This document shows positions 37,758 to 46,161 of a stretch of DNA of 64,000 nt, one piece after another. Source of the stretch: an uncultured Ohtaekwangia sp. (GTDB taxonomy: Bacteria; Bacteroidota; Bacteroidia; Cytophagales; Cyclobacteriaceae). A model generated the notes under the pieces. That model ran no database searches. It was given only the letters and a program-made list of their open reading frames with translations, and was not told where the DNA came from. Each line of letters opens with the position of its first letter. Within the stretch, counting starts at the first letter, position 1. The translations under genes and the position numbers were made by a program. The stretch covers positions 3,664-67,663 of the forward strand of contig CAYMPU010000070.1 in NCBI GenBank assembly GCA_964392375.1. The letters are read 5' to 3'.

Positions 37758-38567
37758 TTATTCCCAGTTACCGGCAGTCGACACATCAAGACGTGAGCCG
37801 AAGCGGAGGGGCTTGCGCGCCTTCTGCTCATTGCTCTCCTTGCGCTTTGGGTCGATTGGCTTTGGATCCTTTACCTCAAGTACATCTACTTTCAATCCGC
37901 TTTTGTCTACTTTGCCGGCAAAGATTTCAAACATGACACCTGGGTTTCCGGGAACTTCACCGAGGGTCTTCAGATCAACGTTGGGATTGAAGATGTAGTC
38001 AGAGTAGTTGACCAGAATCTTTCCTTTGGAAATCGCATCACCGGGCTTAACATCAGCCAGACTCTGAATAATACCTTTTTCCTGAAAAGGAGGTTCGTTG
38101 GCGTTATCACCAACTTTAAGGGTATAGGCTTTCTGGTTCTTGATGACCTGGTCACCCACCTTCACCTTGTAACCCATGAATGTACCGTCGTCGGAAGCGG
38201 CGAGGGAATAGTTCTTTTTGAAGATCCGCTCTTTGGCAGAAAGGAAGCCCAAAGTATCGGTTTCAATCTTAACCTCTTCGCCACCGTAAGCCTTTTGTGT
38301 GATGATTTCACGGCGCTGCAGGATCGGCACTCTACCATTCTGGATGAAATCGGCCAAGGTATCCCAACTTGCGGTATACCGGCCATTCTGCTCTTGGAAT
38401 ACAATCTCGGCCTCCCGAATGAGCCTCAGTCGCTCAATTACTGCCTTTTCGGTCTGGTCAATCTTCTCGGTAGTATCTATAACGGATTGAATACTGTCAT
38501 ACAGGAAATAGCCCAGGAATAAGCTTACGGCAGTAAATACAATGGTTAGGATTTTCGTCAGATTCAT
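37758..38567 (-). CDS. Conserved Bacteroidota membrane-anchored protein (pilin-like N-terminus)
   Basis: N-terminal TM, 'IERLRLIREAE..F...NGRYTASWDTL', C-terminal 'FGSR..VSTAGNWE'. Confidence 0.7.
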   Translation of the reverse strand: MNLTKILTIVFTAVSLFLGYFLYDSIQSVIDTTEKIDQTEKAVIERLRLIREAEIVFQEQNGRYTASWDTLADFIQNGRVPILQRREIITQKAYGGEEVKIETDTLGFLSAKERIFKKNYSLAASDDGTFMGYKVKVGDQVIKNQKAYTLKVGDNANEPPFQEKGIIQSLADVKPGDAISKGKILVNYSDYIFNPNVDLKTLGEVPGNPGVMFEIFAGKVDKSGLKVDVLEVKDPKPIDPKRKESNEQKARKPLRFGSRLDVSTAGNWE

Positions 38568-38659
38568 TGCGGTTCAGGTTTAGCCTGCAATAATAAGTTC
38601 GATTTTTGAGATTTTTAAGCCGATTTTTGAGTTTTTTGATAGGTCTTATGCGAAAACGT

Positions 38660-39136
38660 CTAAATCCGGAAATAACCGTTTAACTCCCTTATTCTGCCGG
38701 ACTTTGGCAGCAACTTAAATGCCCCATGCTTCAGGTTGGTGGGCAATGCATCGATTTCTTCAAAGGTCATGAACTTAACCTCCTTGATGATTTGGTCGGT
38801 ACTACCCATTTCCGGGTCATGCCCAACTCGAAGTGTACCGCCCACGACCTGAACGGAAAAGAACAGCTCAATGGCATGCAGCGGCAAACGCACTCGCTCG
38901 GTTGCAAAAAGGAACATACCGGGTACAACCACAAGACCTGTCTCTTCCTGAAACTCCCACACAAGCGTATCCTGTGCTGATATACCAAAATCCACACCCC
39001 CACCTGGAGGCGCCCAAAATGAGCCATCCGTCAGCCCGGTATGGTTGACCATAAGGATTTGGTTTTCAACGCAACAGATACCGCATATGCGGACTCTTAC
39101 GCGATTGCCATAAATTTCCTGAACTGATTTATTCAC
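38660..39136 (-). CDS. NUDIX hydrolase
   Basis: 'WAPPGGGVDFG...LVWEFQEETGL'; GTG start. Confidence 0.8.
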   Translation of the reverse strand: MNKSVQEIYGNRVRVRICGICCVENQILMVNHTGLTDGSFWAPPGGGVDFGISAQDTLVWEFQEETGLVVVPGMFLFATERVRLPLHAIELFFSVQVVGGTLRVGHDPEMGSTDQIIKEVKFMTFEEIDALPTNLKHGAFKLLPKSGRIRELNGYFRI

Positions 39137-39166
39137 AACTGCGTTTCATCGTTTAGTCTGAATCCA

Positions 39167-39174
39167 TAAATTTG
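39167..39174 (+). promoter_or_regulatory. -7 element for the DUF1573 gene
   Basis: TAAATTTG matches TAnnTTTG, 15 bp upstream of ATG 39190. Confidence 0.55.
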
Positions 39175-39189
39175 AATAAAATCACGGTT

Positions 39190-39600
39190 ATGAGGAAGTT
39201 TCTTTTCCTGCTGCTGTTTATAGTGGCAGGTTCAAGTGCATTAGCCCAGTCTGTTGGCGCTGTTATCGCATGGGAAAAGTCAACCTATGATTTCGGAGAC
39301 GTGGTTCAGGGTGATAAGGTAGAACACACCTTCAAGTTCAAAAACACCGGCAATGAGCCCCTGGTGATCACCAATGTGCAGGTTACTTGCGGCTGCACGA
39401 CACCCAAGGGATGGGAACGCGATCCGATTCTTCCCGGCAAGGAAAGTGAAATTACCATAGGCTTTAACTCTGCCGGAAAATACGGCAAGCAGGAAAAAGT
39501 AGTGACTATCATCTCCAACGCTGTAAATTCAGAGGGAGCTCAGATTCTGTTCTCAGCCAATGTGCTGGAAAAAAAGACTCCGAATAAATCAGGCCTTTGA
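39190..39600 (+). CDS. DUF1573 Ig-like exported protein
   Basis: Signal peptide; 'YDFG...HTFKFKNTGNEPLVI...TCGCT...PILPG'. Confidence 0.85.
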   Translation: MRKFLFLLLFIVAGSSALAQSVGAVIAWEKSTYDFGDVVQGDKVEHTFKFKNTGNEPLVITNVQVTCGCTTPKGWERDPILPGKESEITIGFNSAGKYGKQEKVVTIISNAVNSEGAQILFSANVLEKKTPNKSGL

Positions 39601-39966
39601 ACGTAATACGGTCCAGAAAGCCGATAGCCATCCCAGTATCAACGAGGTTCCTCCAACAGGCGCTACAGCTCCCCAAAGTGGCTCGTTCGCTAGCGCAAGA
39701 ATCAGCAGGCTTCCGCTGAAGAATATTATCCCGACCGCAAGCAGTATACCTGAGGTGCGCAGTCCAGGCCATTTTTCCATTTGAGTGCCCAGCAGGATCA
39801 TGGCAAGCGCGTGGAACATCATGTACCGTATAGCCAACTCATACGTTTCTGTTCGTCCCGATGCAGCAAGCATTGCCTTCCATGCGTGTGCGCCGAAAGC
39901 TCCAAGTGCAACGGAGATGGCCATCAGGAACATTCCGAGCAGGAGTGTTTTTCGAGCATTCATCAT
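39589..39966 (-). CDS. DUF423 membrane protein
   Basis: 'VALGAFGAH', 'YMMFH', 'FSGSL', 'PVGG...GW'. Confidence 0.88.
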   Translation of the reverse strand: MMNARKTLLLGMFLMAISVALGAFGAHAWKAMLAASGRTETYELAIRYMMFHALAMILLGTQMEKWPGLRTSGILLAVGIIFFSGSLLILALANEPLWGAVAPVGGTSLILGWLSAFWTVLRSKA

Positions 39967-39972
39967 ATGGTT

Positions 39973-40644
39973 TTATGTTTGACGTTGGCCAAAGATAGCC
40001 GTTCCGATGCGCACCAGTGTGCTGCCCTCCTCAAGCGCTATCGCATAATCTGAACTCATCCCCATGGAAAGTTCCTTCATGAACACATTGGCGTGGAGGG
40101 ATTCACCCTGAAGTTCATCAAACAAATGTTTGAGCGTGCGAAACTCTTTGCGAACCTGATCTTGATTCGCGGTCAATGACGCCATGCCCATGAGCCCATC
40201 AATTCGTACATGGTGCAGCGAGTTGACTTGACCTGTCGAAAGTAGCTCGCGGACTTCGGACGGGGTCAGTCCGAACTTTGTATCCTCGGTGGCGATGTAA
40301 ACTTGCAACAAGCAATGAATGACCCTGCCACATCGCTCTCCCTGCTTATTAATTTCCTCAAGCAAGCGCAGGCTGTCAACGGCGTGGATAAGGCTTACAA
40401 AAGGAGCGATATACTTCACTTTATTGCGCTGAAGGTGACCGATCAGGTGCCATTCAACATCGGAAGGTAGCTTGGGCTGCTTGTCAGCCAGTTCCTGAAC
40501 TTTGTTCTCGCCGAATACCCGTTGCCCGGCATCATAGGCCTCACGGATTGCTTCAACCGGGTGTGTCTTGCTGACGGCAATGAGTCGGGCGCCGTAGGGC
40601 TGAAGGAGTGCAGAGAATTTCGCTATGTTATTTTTGATTACCAT
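39973..40644 (-). CDS. yggS: YggS/PLPBP pyridoxal-phosphate homeostasis protein
   Basis: 'LIAVSKT', 'FGENKVQE', 'WHLIGHLQRNK', 'LSMGMSSDY', 'VRIGTAIFG'. Start moved to ATG 40644. Confidence 0.93.
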   Translation of the reverse strand: MVIKNNIAKFSALLQPYGARLIAVSKTHPVEAIREAYDAGQRVFGENKVQELADKQPKLPSDVEWHLIGHLQRNKVKYIAPFVSLIHAVDSLRLLEEINKQGERCGRVIHCLLQVYIATEDTKFGLTPSEVRELLSTGQVNSLHHVRIDGLMGMASLTANQDQVRKEFRTLKHLFDELQGESLHANVFMKELSMGMSSDYAIALEEGSTLVRIGTAIFGQRQT

Positions 40645-40682
40645 TCTATCTTTAGTCCCCCAGCCGTTAACCCTGCAAAAAT

Positions 40683-42215
40683 ATGGCGATCCTAGGTACG
40701 TTGTTAAAAAGAAGCATAAAACTTCGGGAGAACCTTGAGCAGGAGTACTCCTCACCCTTTGAACTGCAAAAGAACGTCCTCAAGGATTTGCTCATCACAG
40801 CGGCTGACACTGAATTTGGGCGCTACTATAACTTTGCAGAAATACTGAGTCACTTCCGCAAAGGTCCAAGAGAATTCTACCGGTATTATCAGAAGATCCC
40901 GCTTCACGACTACAATAAGATCTATAAGGACTGGTGGCAGTTGTCGCTCAAGGGGGTGAAGAATGTATGCTGGCCGGGGCGGATGAAGTACTTTGCGCTC
41001 AGCTCGGGTACCTCCGAATCGGCATCAAAGTATATCCCGATCACCAAGGAGATGACAAAGGCGATCCAGCGAACAAGCATCCGGCAGATTTTGTCCTTAT
41101 CAAAGTACGATCTCCCCAGTTCATTCTTTGAAGCAGGGATTCTGATGATCGGTGGGAGCACGCATCTCAATAAGAAGGGAAGTTATTTTGAGGGTGACCT
41201 CAGTGGTATCCAAGCCGCGAGACTTCCATTCTGGTTTCAGCATTTTTATAAGCCAGGCAAAAAGATTGCCAAGACCCGAAAGTGGAGCTCCAAGCTGGAT
41301 GAAATTACCCGGAAGGCAGACGCGTGGGATATCGGAATTATTGTAGGCGTCCCCGCCTGGATTCAGATTCTTCTCGAAAAGATTATTGCCTACCATAAAG
41401 TAAAGCACATCCATGAGGTGTGGCCAAATCTCCGTGTCTATGTCCACGGCGGCGTGTCCTTCGATCCCTACCGAAAGGGGTTTGAGAAGCTGCTGGGGCG
41501 CCCGATCAGCTACATTGAAACCTACCTTGCCTCGGAAGGCTTCATCGCCTATCAGGCCTCACCCCGGCATGGCTCAATGAAACTTGTGCTGAACAACGGG
41601 ATATTCTACGAGTTCGTACCGTTCAACGACGACAACTTTCTTCCCACGGGTGAACTTTCTCCAAGTGCCAAGACAATCGCTATCGACGAGGTTGAGGAAG
41701 GCAAAGAGTATGCTTTGCTACTCTCCACCTGTGCGGGTGCCTGGCGTTATCTCATCGGGGACGTTATCAAGTTTACTTCTGTAGAGGAGTCGGAGATTGT
41801 CATCACGGGTAGGACGAAACACTTCCTTAGCCTGTGTGGGGAACATTTGTCGGTAGACAATATGAACAAAGCCATAGAAATGGTTTCGAATGAACTGAAC
41901 ATTGATATTAAGGAATTTACCGTGGCCGGTATTCCGCACGATACGCTGTTTGCGCACCATTGGTATATCGGCACCGATGCGGCCGTCGACACATTATTGC
42001 TGAAAGAGCGCCTTGACCATTTTCTCAAGGAACTTAATGATGATTACGCTACGGAACGAAGTGCCGCTCTAAAAGATGTGTATGTCGATGTTCTTCCTGT
42101 GAAGACGTTCTATGGATGGATGGAATCGCTGGGTAAGTCCGGCGGGCAAAACAAATTTCCACGGGTGCTGAAGAATGCTCAACTGGAGCAGTGGCAAAAA
42201 TACATTGCCAGGTGA
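40683..42215 (+). CDS. GH3 auxin-responsive-promoter family (acyl-acid amido synthetase-like) protein
   Basis: 'FALSSGTS...KYIP', 'YLASEGF', 'FYEF', 'WRYLIGD', 'GGQNKFPRV'. Confidence 0.88.
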   Translation: MAILGTLLKRSIKLRENLEQEYSSPFELQKNVLKDLLITAADTEFGRYYNFAEILSHFRKGPREFYRYYQKIPLHDYNKIYKDWWQLSLKGVKNVCWPGRMKYFALSSGTSESASKYIPITKEMTKAIQRTSIRQILSLSKYDLPSSFFEAGILMIGGSTHLNKKGSYFEGDLSGIQAARLPFWFQHFYKPGKKIAKTRKWSSKLDEITRKADAWDIGIIVGVPAWIQILLEKIIAYHKVKHIHEVWPNLRVYVHGGVSFDPYRKGFEKLLGRPISYIETYLASEGFIAYQASPRHGSMKLVLNNGIFYEFVPFNDDNFLPTGELSPSAKTIAIDEVEEGKEYALLLSTCAGAWRYLIGDVIKFTSVEESEIVITGRTKHFLSLCGEHLSVDNMNKAIEMVSNELNIDIKEFTVAGIPHDTLFAHHWYIGTDAAVDTLLLKERLDHFLKELNDDYATERSAALKDVYVDVLPVKTFYGWMESLGKSGGQNKFPRVLKNAQLEQWQKYIAR

Positions 42216-42841
42216 TCGATGTTATTCTTAATGGGATCAAGTTTGGCATCGTACTGGCGCTGCTGGTGGGTCCGGTCTTTTTCACAATCCTGCAAGCCAG
42301 CATCGAGCGGGGATTCTGGATCGGCGTTTTGGTGGCTATTGGGGTTTCCCTAAGTGATGTTGTCTACGTCGTTATCTGCTACTATGGACTATCGTCATTT
42401 GTAAGTAACCCGAAGGTCAATACCTACATGGGGTATGGGGGTGGACTTATCCTGATTGTCTTTGGCTCCTACTACCTCTTTATCAAGAGTCGACAGAAAG
42501 ATTCCAGGAATCCGGGCATGGTCCGCGACAGAAGACCATTGATGTACTTGGCGAAAGGATTCTTGATCAATGCCATGAGCCCCATGGTTCCACTCTTCTG
42601 GATTGGTGCCGTAAGTATTGCGACCATCGACTTTGGATACACTGCTCCCATGACGTTTATCCTTTTCTTTTCAGGTGTATTGGGCACTGTTCTCGCTACT
42701 GACATTGGCAAAGCGTATCTGTCGGGTAAGTTGCGCCAGCTGATCACCCACCGTTCGCTGGTCATTATGAACCTCATTGTGGGTGTGGCCCTGATCGCAT
42801 TCGGCGGCAGGCTCATCCTCATAACCCTGCAGGCAGGTTAG
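42212..42841 (+). CDS. LysE-family translocator
   Basis: 'LLVGPVFFTILQ.SI.RGF..G...GVSLSD', 'GFLIN..P..FW'. GTG start overlaps the GH3 stop (GTGA). Confidence 0.85.
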   Translation: MIDVILNGIKFGIVLALLVGPVFFTILQASIERGFWIGVLVAIGVSLSDVVYVVICYYGLSSFVSNPKVNTYMGYGGGLILIVFGSYYLFIKSRQKDSRNPGMVRDRRPLMYLAKGFLINAMSPMVPLFWIGAVSIATIDFGYTAPMTFILFFSGVLGTVLATDIGKAYLSGKLRQLITHRSLVIMNLIVGVALIAFGGRLILITLQAG

Positions 42842-43875
42842 TCCTGAAGCACGTTGGTTACAAACGTAGACTTGAGAAGTAGCCAAAGCAGGAAAAGGGC
42901 TATGGCCCAGCGGACATATACAAAGTAAAAATCGCTGGTATCTTTAAACCGGGTTTCCTTAATCTCGGCCTTTTCGAGTGCGTCGATCTTTCGGAATACT
43001 TGCAAAAGCGCCTTCTGGTCGGTCACACGAAAGAATTCTCCCGATCCAATCTCGGCAATTTTCCGCATCGTGGTCTCGTCCACCGTGTTCTCCACCATGT
43101 TCGGACGCCCGAAGAAATCTTTGCCAAACGGCACCATGCCCTCTTTGCCCACCACAATCGTGTACGTTTTGATGCCGTAGGCGGCCGCCAGTTCTGCCGC
43201 GGTAATCGGATCGATGTTCCCTGCCGTGTTATCGCCGTCGCTAAGCAAAATACAGACTTTGGATTTCGATTCTGACTCCCTCATTCGATTGGTGACTACC
43301 GCCATGGCACTTCCAATGGCTGTACCCCGGCTCTCAATCATATCAAAATTAAGTTCATTAAGATAGGCATTGAGCAACGCATAGTCGGTTGTCAACGGGG
43401 CAAGTGAGAAAGCATCTCCGGAAAAGACGACAATGCCAATGCGGTCCTGAAGACGTCCTTTGATAAAATCCCGCGCCACATCCTTGGCGGCCTCCAGGCG
43501 ATTGGGGGTAAAGTCCTCGATCTGCATGGACTGTGAAATGTCGATGGCCAGCATGATGTCAATGCCCTCGGTCCATTGTTCCACCTTTTCATTGGTACGT
43601 TGGGGCCTGGCAAGCGCAACCAACAGAAGAATGACGACAACCGCAAGCAAAAGCTCAGGGACAAGACGAACGAGGGTAAGGGGAGAGGTGTAGGTCTCCT
43701 GCCGTGCAAAGGCAACGGGGAGCTTTTGATTAAAGAAATAGCGCCACAACCAACGGCCGATGAACAGCAGCGGAACGAGAGCCATCAGGTACAAAAAGAC
43801 ATTGTTCGTCCATGTAAACGCGCGAAGGGTAGATGGTGTGAACCAATCCAAGGACCAGGTGTTCAAATTATCCAT
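42838..43875 (-). CDS. batA: BatA-like vWA-domain membrane protein
   Basis: 'ALARP', MIDAS 'DISQSM', 'NRLEAAK', 'PLTTD', 'GTAIG', 'LLSDG'. Confidence 0.8.
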   Translation of the reverse strand: MDNLNTWSLDWFTPSTLRAFTWTNNVFLYLMALVPLLFIGRWLWRYFFNQKLPVAFARQETYTSPLTLVRLVPELLLAVVVILLLVALARPQRTNEKVEQWTEGIDIMLAIDISQSMQIEDFTPNRLEAAKDVARDFIKGRLQDRIGIVVFSGDAFSLAPLTTDYALLNAYLNELNFDMIESRGTAIGSAMAVVTNRMRESESKSKVCILLSDGDNTAGNIDPITAAELAAAYGIKTYTIVVGKEGMVPFGKDFFGRPNMVENTVDETTMRKIAEIGSGEFFRVTDQKALLQVFRKIDALEKAEIKETRFKDTSDFYFVYVRWAIALFLLWLLLKSTFVTNVLQD

Positions 43876-44773
43876 TCCTCACTTCGGCTTCACGTTTCTG
43901 AAATTGCTGCTGGGAGTATGTTTGCAAGAACCGAAAGGGCTCCACACTCGCACCATACCCGCCGTAGATGCTTCGGTCAATGGTGCGCAACGCATTACCC
44001 AGGTTGACGTTAGCAAATGTGCGTAGTATTTCCCGCGACGTTGATTTGGTATAGGGATATTGTTCAAGTTCTTCCATGTAACGCTTCCATAGGACCAACG
44101 CATCTTCCGCCTTACCTGTCGACGATTCTGCGCCTAACCGCTCTACAGCTTCGTTGAACCTGGTAATAAAGCGTTCGTAGTTTCTCTTCATCTGTCGCAG
44201 CGCAAAGTATTTCCTGATTCTCTTGCCAAAAATCAGCCATAGGGCAATCGTCAGAACAATCAGCACGGCAATGACGATCAAGAGGATCGGATAGTTGAAT
44301 ATCCACTGAACTCGCTGATAAGCCGTGTTCGACACCAGTGGAAGTTTTTCTACGGCTATCGAATCCAGTGACATGGTCACTTTATAGCGCAAGGCGATGC
44401 TGTCCGGCAAGGCATAGACGGCAACACAATCCCGTTCCTGCACGACAAAAACGGGGAGACCAAGTGTTTGTATGGAGTCTAACTCAAATGTGGAAAGAAA
44501 GTACACAATGCTGTCATAACTCCTGGCGCCGTTGGTACGGGTCGGGAAGAATGTTTTGCCTGCTGACTCAAACGGGGTAAACGCAAAAGTCGTGTCGGGG
44601 AATACTATCTGCATGTCCCGCGGATACGAAGCGATCAAGACATAAGGAATCACTTCGCCCATAGCGGCGCTATCAGCGCGAAAGTACCCCTTCACCTGGA
44701 CAGGTGGTTGCGCGCTGCCGGTCGAGGCGACCAGCAAAAGAATACTCGTAAGCAATAGATTCAACCTCCTCAT
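43868..44773 (-). CDS. Bat-operon exported/membrane protein
   Basis: Signal peptide, Ig-like region and one TM segment; lies between DUF58 and batA as in Bat operons. Confidence 0.65.
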   Translation of the reverse strand: MRRLNLLLTSILLLVASTGSAQPPVQVKGYFRADSAAMGEVIPYVLIASYPRDMQIVFPDTTFAFTPFESAGKTFFPTRTNGARSYDSIVYFLSTFELDSIQTLGLPVFVVQERDCVAVYALPDSIALRYKVTMSLDSIAVEKLPLVSNTAYQRVQWIFNYPILLIVIAVLIVLTIALWLIFGKRIRKYFALRQMKRNYERFITRFNEAVERLGAESSTGKAEDALVLWKRYMEELEQYPYTKSTSREILRTFANVNLGNALRTIDRSIYGGYGASVEPFRFLQTYSQQQFQKREAEVRNG

Positions 44774-44784
44774 GTATGCGGTGC

Positions 44785-45663
44785 TTACGAAGTCTTCAGG
44801 GATTTGTTTCTTACTTTAAACAGCCGCAGCAACTTAGGAACGAAATCCTCATCGGTAGACACGTTGACGTAGTTAATTTGGTGTTTACGGCTGAATTTTT
44901 TCATCTCCTCCTGCCGTTGCGCATGGGAGGTAGAAAGGCGCTCACGAAATTCACCAAACGATGTGTTGATCCAATGGGTCTGTTTTGACTCCTTGTCAAG
45001 AACAGGGATGATCCCAAGCCGGGGCAAGTCCGTCTCCCGCTTGTCGGAAATATGGATGACGACGAGGTCATGCTTGCGGGCCAGGGATTGAAGGTTGCGG
45101 TGGTAGCCCTCATCAATGAAGTCGGAGATCATAACAATGACGCTCCGTCTACGAATCGAGTTGAGCGCGAACGAGATGGCCTTTGCCAAGTTTGTCTTTG
45201 ATGACTTGGGATCCAGTCTTTCCAGATGGGAGATGATCTGGTAAGCCTGTCCTATACCTTTCTTGGGTTTGATGTACTGCTCGCGCTGATCCGAATAGCA
45301 GATAAGACCTACTTGACTCGACTCCTTGGCCCCAGACAATGCAAGTACGCCGCAGATTTCTGTGCCGATATCAAATTTCGTCTTACCCGGGCTTCCGATA
45401 CTCTGAGAGCCGCTCACATCGAGTATGAAGAATATTGTCTGCTCTTTCTCTTCCTTGAAGGTTTTTACAAATGTGCCATGCCCCTTTGCCGACACATGCC
45501 AATCGATGGTACGGATATCGTCACCGTATTGATAAGGGCGGACGTCGTCGAATTCAAGACCTGTTCCCTTGAAAATGGAATGAAAATCCCCCTGCATCTG
45601 GCTGTTGATCGCCTTGCGAATCTGGATTTCATACCGACGGAGCTTTTTGAGGAGTTCTCTCAC
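44785..45663 (-). CDS. DUF58 (MoxR-associated vWA-like) protein
   Basis: 'GDFHSIFKGTGLEFDDVRPYQYGDDIRTIDW.VSA', 'LDVSGS', 'ISDF'; GTG start. Confidence 0.9.
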   Translation of the reverse strand: MRELLKKLRRYEIQIRKAINSQMQGDFHSIFKGTGLEFDDVRPYQYGDDIRTIDWHVSAKGHGTFVKTFKEEKEQTIFFILDVSGSQSIGSPGKTKFDIGTEICGVLALSGAKESSQVGLICYSDQREQYIKPKKGIGQAYQIISHLERLDPKSSKTNLAKAISFALNSIRRRSVIVMISDFIDEGYHRNLQSLARKHDLVVIHISDKRETDLPRLGIIPVLDKESKQTHWINTSFGEFRERLSTSHAQRQEEMKKFSRKHQINYVNVSTDEDFVPKLLRLFKVRNKSLKTS

Positions 45664-45751
45664 CCTGGCATCATTTTCGTTCGTGAAGCTGTGTCACCCC
45701 GGCTGGCTCGCCATAGGCGAGGATTTGGCCGAGGGGTACGCAGGCTTGGCG

Positions 45752-45759
45752 CAAAAATA
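45752..45759 (-). promoter_or_regulatory. -7 element for the DUF58-batA operon
   Basis: Minus strand TATTTTTG(C). Confidence 0.55.
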
Positions 45760-45792
45760 TGAGTAATTTGCCTGCCAAAAGAAAGTTTTTGT

Positions 45793-46161
45793 ATGACCGT
45801 TCGCTTCCTTCTTTGTTCCGTCCTGATCGCATCCTTGCTTTCGTGCAAACCGGAGCAAAAGGAGGTGGCCCCCTTATCGAGGGATCAAATGGTCAGCCTG
45901 ATGATGGAAATCTATCTGGCGGAAGCCAGAACAGCCACAGTGCCCGTGGGCAAAGACTCGGCTTATAGGCTCTTTATCCCCCACCAGGATTCTCTGATGC
46001 ATCGTATGGGAATCGAGGATTCTACCCTGCGTGCTTCCTACAGCTACTATTTGAAGCATCCGGCTGACCTTGAGGCAATTTACGACGCCATTATTGACTC
46101 ACTCAGTTTAAGGGAACAGCGCCTGCGCGAAGCACCCGTACCACAGCAGCAAGGGAAATGA
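45793..46161 (+). CDS. DUF4296-family lipoprotein
   Basis: Lipobox 'LLSC'; 'M..LM.EIYLAEA...SYSYY..HP..L..IY..IIDSL'. Confidence 0.75.
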   Translation: MTVRFLLCSVLIASLLSCKPEQKEVAPLSRDQMVSLMMEIYLAEARTATVPVGKDSAYRLFIPHQDSLMHRMGIEDSTLRASYSYYLKHPADLEAIYDAIIDSLSLREQRLREAPVPQQQGK

